From the NCBI GenBank assembly GCA_002404605.1, contig DHKA01000080.1:1-57056 (forward strand): DNA of 57,056 nt, given 5' to 3'. The DNA is from Clostridiales bacterium UBA4706. Lineage in GTDB: Bacteria; Bacillota; Clostridia; Oscillospirales; Oscillospiraceae. The position numbers and the translations under genes are program-made. The notes below the pieces were generated by a model. It saw only the letters and a program-made list of their open reading frames with translations, was not told where the DNA came from and did no database searches. Positions 27,983-37,308 of this stretch are shown piece after piece; position 1 is the first letter of the stretch; each line of letters begins with the position of its first letter.

Positions 27983-29176
27983 TTACCGTTTGTCGGTGTG
28001 CGCGCGCAGCGCCTTGCCGAGTCTCTCGAGCGCGGGCGTGATGTATGACGTGGGGCAGGCGAGATTCCAGCGCTCAAATCCGCGCCCGGCCTCGCCAAAC
28101 ACCATGCCATCATCGAAGAAGAGAAACGCCTCGCGGCGCAGCAGCTCTGCCAGCTCATCCGCAGGGATGCCGAGCGGACGGAAATCCATCCAGAGAAGAT
28201 ACGTGCCCTCGAGCGGCGAAACGATGACAGACGGAAATTCCCGATAGAGATACTCCACGACGAGACGGCGGTTTTCCTCCAGCACGCCGATGAGCTGATC
28301 GAGCCATTCGTCGCCCTCGGTATACGCAATGCGGCAGGCTTCCAGCCCGAGAATGTTGCACTTGGGGTTTCCGTCGTGGCGCTTGAGCTCTTCGTCAAAC
28401 GCCTTGCGCAGCGCCTCGTTGGGTACGATTACGCTCGAAGTCTGAAGCCCGGCGAGACTGAACGTCTTGCTCGGGGAGATGGCGGTCAGTGTGTTCTGCG
28501 CAAGCTCTTCGCTGAGCGATGCGATGGGCGTGTGGTGATAGCCGGGCAAAATAAGGTCGCTGTGGATCTCGTCACTGAAGAGAATAACGCCGTTTTCGAG
28601 ACAGATGCGGCCGATGCGCTCAAGCTCCCCGTGCGTCCATACGCGGCCGCAGGGGTTGTGTGGGCTGCACAGGATCATGAGCTTCACGTCCGGGCGCTTC
28701 GCCTTCGCTTCGAGATCGGCAAAATCAATGGTATAGTACCCGTTCGTATTGATGAGCGCCGAGCCGACGACCTGCCGGCCGTTCCGCGTGGCAGCCATAT
28801 ACATTGGATAATAAACCGGCGTGAGCAGCAGCACGCCGTCGCCGGGTGCGGTGAACGTATGTACGGCGGTGAAGAAGGCGTTGATGACGCCCGGCGTGCC
28901 GAGCAGCCACTCCGGACGGATGTCCCAGCCGTGACGGTCGCGCTCCCAGCGGCAGACGGCGGCGTTGAAGCGTTCGTCCGGGTTGCAGTAGCCGAGCGGA
29001 CTTTTATCGAGGAACGCCTTCAGCCCCTCCACTACCTCGGGCATGACCTTCAGCTCCATATCGGCGACGGAAAATGGGATGACGTCCTCGGGACAACCGT
29101 ACTTTTCCATCTCCGCCCATTTCATGCTGCCGGTGCCGCGGCGCGGCTGCACCGTTTCAAAATCGTAATGTTTCAT
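27983..29176 (-). CDS. patB: MalY/PatB-family PLP-dependent C-S lyase (cystathionine beta-lyase type)
   Basis: YDF...RRGTGS.KW N-terminus; SPHNP...W; SPSKTFSLAGL with the PLP lysine. Class I/II aminotransferase fold. Confidence 0.85.
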   Translation of the reverse strand: MKHYDFETVQPRRGTGSMKWAEMEKYGCPEDVIPFSVADMELKVMPEVVEGLKAFLDKSPLGYCNPDERFNAAVCRWERDRHGWDIRPEWLLGTPGVINAFFTAVHTFTAPGDGVLLLTPVYYPMYMAATRNGRQVVGSALINTNGYYTIDFADLEAKAKRPDVKLMILCSPHNPCGRVWTHGELERIGRICLENGVILFSDEIHSDLILPGYHHTPIASLSEELAQNTLTAISPSKTFSLAGLQTSSVIVPNEALRKAFDEELKRHDGNPKCNILGLEACRIAYTEGDEWLDQLIGVLEENRRLVVEYLYREFPSVIVSPLEGTYLLWMDFRPLGIPADELAELLRREAFLFFDDGMVFGEAGRGFERWNLACPTSYITPALERLGKALRAHTDKR

Positions 29177-29501
29177 AAATGTTACCTCCCCTTATTGTGG
29201 AAGCAAATAATTTAATTGCTTGACAATTTTCTCAATAGTAGCACAACGCAAAATGGAAAGTCAACAGGGAATCGCGGGTGAATAACAGAAAAACCGTGTA
29301 TTATTGAGTAAAAACGCGCGATTCGGCGCAAACGATAAAAAGATATTTAGAGAATTATACAACATGCCGATTGACGAGCGGAATTTGGTGTGATACGCTG
29401 TGGTCACGATTGTTAAGCGATTTAATTAAATTGTAAATCGCTCGACAGCGAGGGAAAAAGAAAACAGCGTTCCCCAAAAACGAAAAAAGGAGAGAACCAA
29501 A

Positions 29502-30827
29502 ATGAGAAAACTCAGCGGAAAAGACCTCTTTTTCATGGCGATGGGTTCTACCATCGGCGCGGGCATCATTACGAATACCGGCGCAGCGATCGGTATGGCC
29601 GGCAGCGGCGTTATCATTGCCTACCTGATGGCGTTCGCGGTCATGTTCATCGCCAACCTCCCCACCATGTTCTTCACAACGGTACACCCGGTCATGAGCC
29701 CCCAGTACGTTATGACCTCCTGGATCAGCAAGAAGGTCGCGGGCTTCTGGCTCTACTGCCAGATCTTCGCCGCCTTTGCGCAGGCCTATATGGGCGTCGC
29801 CTTCGGCACATACCTCACCAGTATCTTCACCGGCATCAGCACGAGCGCGGCGGCCTGCATCATTGTGACGCTGTTCTTCCTGCTGAACCTGCTCGATCTG
29901 AAGACCTCGGCGAAGGTGCAGAACGTCGTTACCTCGATTTTGCTCGTCGTGCTGCTCTCGTTCATCATCCTCGGTCTCGGCAAGTGCGACATGAACCAGC
30001 TCTTCAGCAAGGAGAGCCTGCTCTTCGGCGGCACGCGTGGCATTTTTGACGCTTGCGCGGCGGTCCTCTTCGGTGTCGGCGGCTGCACGATCATCATGAA
30101 CTTCGGCCCGCAGATCGAAAATCCGAAGCGCAACATCCCCAAAATGACGATCATCACGTTTGTCTGCGCGTTCCTCGCGTTCGGCCTCGTTGCGTTCGTC
30201 GGTTCCGGCGTGGCTCCCCTCGCGGAGGTTGCCGGCAAGCCCATGACCTATCAGGCGCAGATCATCTATCCGGGCAACTGGTATCTCCTGTTCGTTATCG
30301 GCGGCGCGCTGCTCGCCATTGTCACTACCATCAACGCCAACTATCAGCGCTACTGGAGCTCCATCCTCCGCGGCGTGGACGAGGGCTGGCTGCCGGAGTT
30401 CATGGGTAAGCGCAACAAGCACGGCATCCCCTGGGTGCTCATGGTGCTCTTCTGGCTCATGGCTCTCATCCCTAACCTGTTCGGACTGAACATCGGCCAG
30501 CTCATCAGTCTTGCCTCCGCCGTTACGCTCATCCCGATGCTCATCCCCGTCTGGGGCTTCGTGAAGCTCCCCGAGCGCGACCCCGAGGGCTGGAATGCCT
30601 CCAAAATGTCCAAGACCTTCGCGTCCAAGGGCTCCCGCATCGCGCTGTGCGCTGTCTCCACGATCCTGCTCGGCATCTTCGTTGTGCTGAATGTCCTCAA
30701 ATTCAGCAAGGTCGCCGTCATCTTCGTGTGCATCTACTTCGCGGTCTGTGCGGCCATCTGCGTGTTCTTCGGCGATAAGCTCCTCGCCGCCGGCGAAAAG
30801 CGCCTTGCGGCCAAGGGCGAACAGTAA
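29502..30827 (+). CDS. APC-superfamily amino acid permease
   Basis: About 12 TM segments. N-terminal FFMAMGSTIGAGI motif is typical of the APC family. Strong RBS AAGGAGAG. Confidence 0.75.
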   Translation: MRKLSGKDLFFMAMGSTIGAGIITNTGAAIGMAGSGVIIAYLMAFAVMFIANLPTMFFTTVHPVMSPQYVMTSWISKKVAGFWLYCQIFAAFAQAYMGVAFGTYLTSIFTGISTSAAACIIVTLFFLLNLLDLKTSAKVQNVVTSILLVVLLSFIILGLGKCDMNQLFSKESLLFGGTRGIFDACAAVLFGVGGCTIIMNFGPQIENPKRNIPKMTIITFVCAFLAFGLVAFVGSGVAPLAEVAGKPMTYQAQIIYPGNWYLLFVIGGALLAIVTTINANYQRYWSSILRGVDEGWLPEFMGKRNKHGIPWVLMVLFWLMALIPNLFGLNIGQLISLASAVTLIPMLIPVWGFVKLPERDPEGWNASKMSKTFASKGSRIALCAVSTILLGIFVVLNVLKFSKVAVIFVCIYFAVCAAICVFFGDKLLAAGEKRLAAKGEQ

Positions 30828-30905
30828 TAATACGATCCATAGAAAAGCGGTTTGGCGTTCCGGGTATCCCGGAACGCCAAAGTAAAAAGAAAGGAGAACT
30901 ATCCC

Positions 30906-32135
30906 ATGGTGAATAAAATGGAAAAGTGCCTGCATCCGGTGCTGGCCAAGCGCGATCAGAACTGGTTCTGCTCCCGCATCCAGGCGGAGATGAAGCGGCA
31001 GTGCCTCGGCTATCTGATCCTCCAGACGCCCTATAACGTCATGTACGCCACCGGCTACTCCCCGCTCGTCGGCAGCTCGGCCGCTGTTATTCCGGCGGAG
31101 GGCGACGCGCATCTCATCATCAGCACGCTCGAGAGCGCGGACGCTTACGCTTCCACGAACAATGTTGATGTGCGCGAGTTCATGTCGTGGGTGTTCATCG
31201 ATAACGGCACCGAGGAATCCCGCCGCGACAAGGGCGACGTGATGGATCCCGACGCTGTGGTGCATATGACGATCGACCTCATCAAAAACACCCCGATGGA
31301 CGGCAAGGTCGGCATCGAGATGGGCTCCGTGAGCCATGCGTTTTACGGCAAGCTCGCCGCCGCACTGCCGGAGGGCATGATCGTGGACGGCTCGTCCGTC
31401 ACGAGAAATTGCCGCGTCGTCAAGTGCCAGTGGGAGATCGATATGCTTCGTCTGGCTGCTACCGAGGCGGACAAGGCGTGGCGCGCGATGGCCGCGGAGA
31501 TCAAGCCGGGCATGCCCGCCTGGAAGCTCGATGCGATGTTCGCCTACAAAGCCAGCAAGCTCAATCTGGAGCACGGCACCTGCGGCCGTTCGCACAGCTT
31601 CATCCCGGCCGTCGGCCCGTATTATGGTCTGTGCGGCGTGCCGCGCGGATATATTCTCAAGGCCGGCGACGTTATCAAGTTTGACGTCGGCTACTCTTAC
31701 TTCGGCTACTGGAGCGACATCGCCCGTACGTTCGCCGTCGGCGGCACGGCGCCCGACGAGGTGCTGGAGATCTACGATACGCTCTATAAGGCCAACCGCA
31801 TGGGCGTGGAAATGCTCAAGCCCGGCACGCCGATGAAGGACATCTACAACGCCATCCGCGAGCAGGTTGAGCAGAGCCGTCTCATCCCGAAGTATCCCCG
31901 CGGACACATGGGCCACTCCATCGGCAGCGGCGTCGGCCCCGAGGAATACCCGACCATCGCTCCGGGGACAGACTATGTGCTCGAAGAGAACATGGTTCTC
32001 TGCCTTGAAACGCCGTACTCCGCCACCGGCGGCGCGCCGGTCAAGGGCGGCTTCAATCTCGAAGATACCCACGTCATCACTGCCGACGGCCACGACTCGT
32101 TCACCGTCATGCCGGACAACATTTTCTGGAATTAA
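30906..32135 (+). CDS. M24-family metallopeptidase (Xaa-Pro peptidase/creatinase-like)
   Basis: Pita-bread fold motifs: GDVIKFDVG...Y.SDI.RTF; GH.IG; C-terminal LE..V.IT..G. Confidence 0.75.
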   Translation: MVNKMEKCLHPVLAKRDQNWFCSRIQAEMKRQCLGYLILQTPYNVMYATGYSPLVGSSAAVIPAEGDAHLIISTLESADAYASTNNVDVREFMSWVFIDNGTEESRRDKGDVMDPDAVVHMTIDLIKNTPMDGKVGIEMGSVSHAFYGKLAAALPEGMIVDGSSVTRNCRVVKCQWEIDMLRLAATEADKAWRAMAAEIKPGMPAWKLDAMFAYKASKLNLEHGTCGRSHSFIPAVGPYYGLCGVPRGYILKAGDVIKFDVGYSYFGYWSDIARTFAVGGTAPDEVLEIYDTLYKANRMGVEMLKPGTPMKDIYNAIREQVEQSRLIPKYPRGHMGHSIGSGVGPEEYPTIAPGTDYVLEENMVLCLETPYSATGGAPVKGGFNLEDTHVITADGHDSFTVMPDNIFWN

Positions 32136-32157
32136 GCCGTTTTGTATTGTATAATCG

Positions 32158-32197
32158 TTCCGCGGAGAGAATTGCCTCTCTCCGCGGAATCGTTTTT
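32158..32197 (+). terminator. intrinsic terminator of the permease-peptidase operon
   Basis: TTCCGCGGAGAGA / TCTCTCCGCGGAA 13-bp stem followed by TTTTT. Confidence 0.85.
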
Positions 32198-32223
32198 CAT
32201 TTTATAAAAAGGAGCTTTATACT

Positions 32224-32511
32224 ATGGCGATCAAGGTTTACGGCAGCAACGTCTGCCCCGGCACGATGCGGTTTCTCTCCATTCTTACGGAAAACGGCGT
32301 CATGCCGCAGTTCATCAATGTGACCGGTTCGATCAATCTTCTTAAGGACTTTATCTATCTGCGCGATACGCACCCGGCGTTCGATGCATTCCGCGGTACG
32401 GGACGCATCGGCTTCCCGCTTGTCCAGCTTGAGGACGGCACGTATACGACCGATCTGGACGGTGTGCTGGAGAGCTTCGGCATCACCACGCGCATGCAGT
32501 TCGGCAAATGA
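32224..32511 (+). CDS. small thioredoxin-fold (glutaredoxin-like) protein with a single Cys
   Basis: MAIKVYGSNVCPGT... has a Grx/NrdH-like layout but only one Cys (CPGT). Assignment tentative. Confidence 0.4.
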   Translation: MAIKVYGSNVCPGTMRFLSILTENGVMPQFINVTGSINLLKDFIYLRDTHPAFDAFRGTGRIGFPLVQLEDGTYTTDLDGVLESFGITTRMQFGK

Positions 32512-32614
32512 CCACGCCCGCCGCACGAAAACGACGCGGCAAAGTTTTTGTTGCATTTCTCCCAAGTGCATGTTTTAATAATATTTTAGGAAATAGAGTT
32601 TTGGAGAATGCAGA

Positions 32615-33169
32615 GTGAAAAACCGGAAGAGCGACGAAAAATTCGGCGGAGAAAACAACGTTGGCGATATCATTGAGCAGCTTGCCTACCGGGGCGACTT
32701 GAAATTCCGGCTGTCGGCCATGCTGTATCGGGGCGTCTCGGAGTCGAGAGATTACGGCGACGGCGAGCCTCTGAAAATGCTGGACGCGCACATTCTGGTC
32801 GACATCGACAAATACCCCGGCATACTGAGCGCGGACCTTGCGCAGCGCTGGTGTCGCACGCGCAGCGCCGTGTGCATCATCGTACAGCGGCTGGAGGATA
32901 ACGGGTACATCTATAAGGAGTACCTGCCCGGCAACAAAAAAGAACGTGCCCTGTTCTGCACGGAGAAGGGGAAAAATCTCTGTCGACTGCACCGGCAGTA
33001 CGACGCGATGCGCACGAGCGCGCTCATCAACGATCTGCTCCGCTATTGCACGGCGGATGAGATCGAAGCCTATTTCAAAGTGCTCGATCTGCAGATCCGC
33101 CTCATGCAGAAAGGCTATTACATCGACGCCGACGGCACGGTGGCCTTCAATTACGAAGAGGATAAATAA
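32615..33169 (+). CDS. MarR-family transcriptional regulator
   Basis: Winged-helix core LSADLAQRWCRTRSAVCIIVQRLEDNGYIYK. GTG start as given in the ORF track. Confidence 0.65.
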   Translation: MKNRKSDEKFGGENNVGDIIEQLAYRGDLKFRLSAMLYRGVSESRDYGDGEPLKMLDAHILVDIDKYPGILSADLAQRWCRTRSAVCIIVQRLEDNGYIYKEYLPGNKKERALFCTEKGKNLCRLHRQYDAMRTSALINDLLRYCTADEIEAYFKVLDLQIRLMQKGYYIDADGTVAFNYEEDK

Positions 33170-33173
33170 TAAA

Positions 33174-33214
33174 GCGAGAACCCGAAGCAGAAGACTTCGG
33201 GTTCTCGCTTTTTC
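33174..33214. terminator. bidirectional terminator
   Basis: AGCGAGAACCCGAAG / CTTCGGGTTCTCGCT 15-bp stem followed by TTTT. Confidence 0.85.
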
Positions 33215-33219
33215 AGATA

Positions 33220-35220
33220 TCAGATGTGGTTTGCGACCTCGAAAGCGTCCCAGACGGCACTGTGGACGTTGTGGAATTCCTTGCAGTCGCCGATGGCGTA
33301 GACCTCGTCGCACTCCTGCATGGCGTTATAAAGCTCACGGTCCGGTGTGAAGCCGACGGCAAGTATGACCGTGTCGGCGGGGATCGTTTCCTCGGCACCG
33401 GTATCGAGATCACGGATGACGAGGCCGTTCTCCGTCGCCTTCACCGCGGTGGTGCGGCAGCGGACGTCCGTGCCATAGAACGGAACGAGCCGTTCGAGCA
33501 TTTCGCTGTTGGCCGAGCAAATGGGGGCGTTCACGGCGAGCAGCTTCGGCAGCGCCTCGACGATCGTGACCTTTTTGCCGAGATCTTTCGTGAGCCAGAG
33601 AGCCAGCTCGCAGCCGACCATGCCGCCGCCGATGACGACCGCGTGCTCGCCGACATTCTCGCCGCTCTGCGCAAGCGCGTCCTTCGCGGTGATGACATGG
33701 CGGTCGTCGCCCAGTGAGAACGTTTTCGCTTTCGCGCCGGTGGCGACGATGAGCGTATCGAATTCGAGCGTCTTCAGCTCTTCGGCAGTGAGCGGATGGT
33801 TGAAGTGGATCTCCACGCCGAGCTTTTCGAGCGTATGGGCATACCACGCGATCAGAGCGCGGTCGTCGTCCTTGAAGGACGGAACGCCGGCCTCGTACAG
33901 CGCGCCCCCCAGACGGCCGGAGGCTTCGTAAATGACCGGCTCGTGGCCGCGGATGGCGAGCACGCGGGCGGTCTCACAGCCGGCAATGCCGCCGCCGACG
34001 ATGACGACCTTCTTTTTGCGGAACACAGGATTATAGGCAAAGGCGCGTTCACGGGCACACTGGGGATTGACAGCGCAGTTGACCATGGAGTAGCGCTGGA
34101 TGCGGCCCATGCAGCCCTCCTGACAGCCGATGCAGGGGCGGATGTCGGCGGTCTTTCCGGCGCGGAGCTTGTTCACATAGTCGGGATCAGCGAGCAGCGG
34201 ACGGCCGAGCGAGACGATATCGCAGACACCGGTCCGCACGGCTTCAACGGCCATATCCGGATCGTCCATCCGCCCGGCGCAGAGAACTGGTACGCCCACG
34301 ACCTCCTTTACCGCCCTGGCGTACTTGCGGTACAGGCCCTTTTCCTGATACATGGGCGGATGGCTCCACCACCAGGAGTCATAAGAGCCGACGTCCACAT
34401 CAAGCGCGTCATAGCCGTAGGAAACGAGCAGCTTTGCCGCTTCCAGACCCTCTTCCATGTCGCGGCCCTTTTCGACGAACTCTTCACCCGGCAGCGCGCC
34501 CTCGCGCCAGTCCTTGATCATGCTCTTCGGGGAGAAGCGCAACGCCACGGGGAAGTCCGCGCCGCAGGTTTTTTTGATCTCCTCGACGATCTCGCGGGCG
34601 AAGCGCAGCCGGTTTTCCAGGCAGCCGCCGTATTCATCCGTGCGGTGATTGAAAAAGCTGATGGCGAACTGGTCGATGAGATAGCCCTCGTGCACCGCGT
34701 GGATCTCCACGCCGTCAAACCCGGCGCGCTTGGCATTGTAGGCGCCCTTGCCGAAGCTCTCCACGATGGCGTGGATCTCGTCCACGGTCAGTGCCCGGCA
34801 GGTCTTATCCAGCCAGCGGTGGGGGATCGGAGAGGGGGCGACCGGCGGAAACTCGCCGAGATTCGTCGGGATCGTGACGCGGCCAAAGCCGCCGGACATC
34901 TGCAGAAAGATCTTGCTGCCGTAGGCGTGGATGCGCTCGGTCATCTCCCGGCCCGTCCGGACAAAATGCACGGGATTGTATGTGCTGTTCGGGCAGTTGG
35001 GCATGGACTGCATTTCCACCGTGCAGTCGGAAAACGTGACGCCCGTGATGATGAGGCCCGTGCCGCCCTTGGCGCGCTCGGTGTAGTAATCAATGCCGCG
35101 CTGGTTAAAGCCGCCCTGCGCGTCCGCCAGTCCCAGCGGGCCCATCGGGGCCATGGCAAATCGGTTTTTCAGCTGTACCTTGCCGATGCTGACCGGCGTA
35201 AAAAGCTCCGGATATTTCAT
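33220..35220 (-). CDS. 2-enoate reductase / 2,4-dienoyl-CoA reductase-family flavoprotein (OYE domain, 4Fe-4S, FAD/NAD domain)
   Basis: OYE N-terminus (NRFAMAPM); CIGCQEGC...C cluster motif; GGGIAGCE and GGGMVGCE Rossmann motifs. Start at ATG 35220. Confidence 0.85.
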   Translation of the reverse strand: MKYPELFTPVSIGKVQLKNRFAMAPMGPLGLADAQGGFNQRGIDYYTERAKGGTGLIITGVTFSDCTVEMQSMPNCPNSTYNPVHFVRTGREMTERIHAYGSKIFLQMSGGFGRVTIPTNLGEFPPVAPSPIPHRWLDKTCRALTVDEIHAIVESFGKGAYNAKRAGFDGVEIHAVHEGYLIDQFAISFFNHRTDEYGGCLENRLRFAREIVEEIKKTCGADFPVALRFSPKSMIKDWREGALPGEEFVEKGRDMEEGLEAAKLLVSYGYDALDVDVGSYDSWWWSHPPMYQEKGLYRKYARAVKEVVGVPVLCAGRMDDPDMAVEAVRTGVCDIVSLGRPLLADPDYVNKLRAGKTADIRPCIGCQEGCMGRIQRYSMVNCAVNPQCARERAFAYNPVFRKKKVVIVGGGIAGCETARVLAIRGHEPVIYEASGRLGGALYEAGVPSFKDDDRALIAWYAHTLEKLGVEIHFNHPLTAEELKTLEFDTLIVATGAKAKTFSLGDDRHVITAKDALAQSGENVGEHAVVIGGGMVGCELALWLTKDLGKKVTIVEALPKLLAVNAPICSANSEMLERLVPFYGTDVRCRTTAVKATENGLVIRDLDTGAEETIPADTVILAVGFTPDRELYNAMQECDEVYAIGDCKEFHNVHSAVWDAFEVANHI

Positions 35221-35246
35221 TGCGCCCTCCTGTGTTGTGTTTGAAA

Positions 35247-35280
35247 ATATCAAAAAGTGAACACGTTCACTTTTTGATAT
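35247..35280. promoter_or_regulatory. 34-bp palindrome, candidate TetR operator in the divergent promoter
   Basis: ATATCAAAAAGTGAAC-ac-GTTCACTTTTTGATAT: perfect 16-nt arms. Lies between the reductase start (35220) and the tetR start (35390). Confidence 0.65.
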
Positions 35281-35389
35281 AACTATAAAACGACTTTTTC
35301 ACAATGTCAATACAGAAACGAAAAGGATTTGCGAAATTCAGAGGAATACACTATAATAGACCGGAAAATACAGCAAATTGGAGAATCGC

Positions 35390-35962
35390 ATGGACGAGAA
35401 GAACCGAGAAAAGAAATCCGACCGCACCCGGCAGCGGTTGGCGGCGGCAGCCATCGCCGCGATGACGGAATGGGGCTATCAGGGCGTCACGATCCGCGAT
35501 ATCTGCGAGCGGGCAGGGGTGTCCATTGGATCGTTTTACCGATACTTTGATACGAAATCGGATGTGCTGCGCGAAATGTACGAGACCGGCGACGAGCTCA
35601 TGCAGCACGAGGATGAAGCGCTCCTCACCCGGCCGTGGATGGAGCGCGTATCGGCGTTCATCGATAAATATGCCCGGCTGAACGTGGACACGGGGCTCGA
35701 CGCGATGCGCGTGCTCTATAACCCGGAGAACACGTGGTTCACGCGTGTGCGCCCAATGCAGCAAAAACTTGAGATGCTGCTCTCCGGGGCGCAGAGCGCC
35801 GGAGAGCTGACGGCGGAATACTCCGCTACGGAGCTGACGGAGCTCTTTTTCGTATGTATGCGCGGAATTTGCTACGATTGGTGCATTTCCGGCGGCGCAT
35901 ACGATCTGGAACAGCGCATGAACCACCAAATGTCGCTCCTTCTCCGCGGCTTTCTCGTTTGA
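35390..35962 (+). CDS. TetR/AcrR-family transcriptional regulator
   Basis: RTRQRLAAAAIAAMTEWGYQGVTIRDICERAGVSIGSFYRYF is the TetR_N HTH. Confidence 0.9.
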   Translation: MDEKNREKKSDRTRQRLAAAAIAAMTEWGYQGVTIRDICERAGVSIGSFYRYFDTKSDVLREMYETGDELMQHEDEALLTRPWMERVSAFIDKYARLNVDTGLDAMRVLYNPENTWFTRVRPMQQKLEMLLSGAQSAGELTAEYSATELTELFFVCMRGICYDWCISGGAYDLEQRMNHQMSLLLRGFLV

Positions 35963-35976
35963 GACGATAAAAGAGC

Positions 35977-36011
35977 AGCACCCCCTCTGCTTTCGACAGA
36001 GGGGGTGCTGT
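35977..36011. terminator. bidirectional terminator
   Basis: CAGCACCCCCTCTG-ctttcga-CAGAGGGGGTGCTG. Confidence 0.8.
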
Positions 36012-36026
36012 TTGCGCGGGCATGAT

Positions 36027-37145
36027 TCAGTGCTGGGTAAAGTATGCCAGCACCTCGGGCAGAACGCGGTCAAGAGCGTATTTTTCGGTGTTTTCCTTTG
36101 CCGCGGCGCCCATTTTCCCACGCAGCGCAGCGTCGCGGCCGAGCGTCTGCACGGCTTCGGCAAACGCTGCCGCGTCACCGAACGGGACGAGATAGCCTGC
36201 GCCGGAGCCTTCCAGCAGATCCTCGTGTCCCTTCACCCGCGTGAGTACGCAGGGGAGCGCCGTGTGCATCGCTTCCATCACCGCGAACGGCAGCCCCTCC
36301 GACCGGCTTGCGGAAACGCAGATATCCGCCGCGGCAAGCGCGCCGCGCACATCGGAGAGCTGCCCCGGAAACCGGCAGCGGGAAGATATGCCGAGCGCTT
36401 CGGCTTCGATTTTGCACTCTTCCAGCAGCGCCCCGTCGCCGGGGAGCAGGAGATAATAGTTTTCCGGCAGCCAGGAGAGGGTTTGAAGGAGCAGCGTCTG
36501 GTTTTTGCGCCGGGAGAATTCCGCGGCACAGACGAGACACACGGCGTCCTCCGGCAGGGAATACGCCGCCCTTGCCGCGGCGCGCTCCTCCGGTGCGGCG
36601 GGGGAAAAGCGGCCAAAATCAACGCCCATGCCGGGGATAAAATAAACATCTCCGCGGCAGAGCCGGTGTTTTTTTGCAATGGCCTCGTCGCAGCGGTTCA
36701 TAACGAGAATGTCGTCCGTAACGCCCGCCGTCAGCTTTTCCGCCGCGAGCAGCACCGTGCGTCGCAGCGCGCCGGTATCGCCGTCGAAGAGATACCCGTG
36801 CACCGTGTTGACGACGCGGGTGTGCTTTTTTCCTGCGAGCATCACGCCGAGACGGGTGAAAAACGCAGCGAGCGAAGTGTGCGTCACGATGACGTCATAC
36901 CGATTCTCACGGATGACTTGTGCCAGGAGCGCGGCAGCGCGGAAATTTTTCGGCGATACGAAGCTCTTCGTAAACGGCACGGCGAGAAAGCGTACGCCCT
37001 CGCCGAGAGCTTCGCCGCTGCCGTTCGCCGCGGCGGTCACATCCCAGCCGAGCGAGCGCAGCGCGGCGAGATACGGCAGATGAAAGCTCCGAAGATGCGC
37101 GCTGCTGGAGGCCGTATATAAAATTTTCGGTGTGCAGCTGCTCAT
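36027..37145 (-). CDS. GT4-family glycosyltransferase
   Basis: C-terminal GT-B motif SRSEGLPFAVMEAM. Start at ATG 37145 (MSSCTPKILY). Confidence 0.8.
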   Translation of the reverse strand: MSSCTPKILYTASSSAHLRSFHLPYLAALRSLGWDVTAAANGSGEALGEGVRFLAVPFTKSFVSPKNFRAAALLAQVIRENRYDVIVTHTSLAAFFTRLGVMLAGKKHTRVVNTVHGYLFDGDTGALRRTVLLAAEKLTAGVTDDILVMNRCDEAIAKKHRLCRGDVYFIPGMGVDFGRFSPAAPEERAAARAAYSLPEDAVCLVCAAEFSRRKNQTLLLQTLSWLPENYYLLLPGDGALLEECKIEAEALGISSRCRFPGQLSDVRGALAAADICVSASRSEGLPFAVMEAMHTALPCVLTRVKGHEDLLEGSGAGYLVPFGDAAAFAEAVQTLGRDAALRGKMGAAAKENTEKYALDRVLPEVLAYFTQH

Positions 37146-37308
37146 GGCGTCCTCCGAAATAAACCTTTCTTCCCGGATTATAACAGAAATCGTGGAAGAA
37201 ACAAACCATTTGTGGTAAAATATAGCTGTATAAGCGCGGGCGCGAACCACGCCGCGCGGCAAACCGTCTAAAAACTGACAAAACCTTCCTTATACGGCGG
37301 AAAATACA

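Noticed and set aside
29355-32093. 912-aa ORF antisense to the APC permease and M24 peptidase, crossing their intergenic spacer
   Set aside because: Its composition is R/A/D/G/H-rich with no motifs. Both sense genes have RBSs and family signatures. It is a GC artefact.
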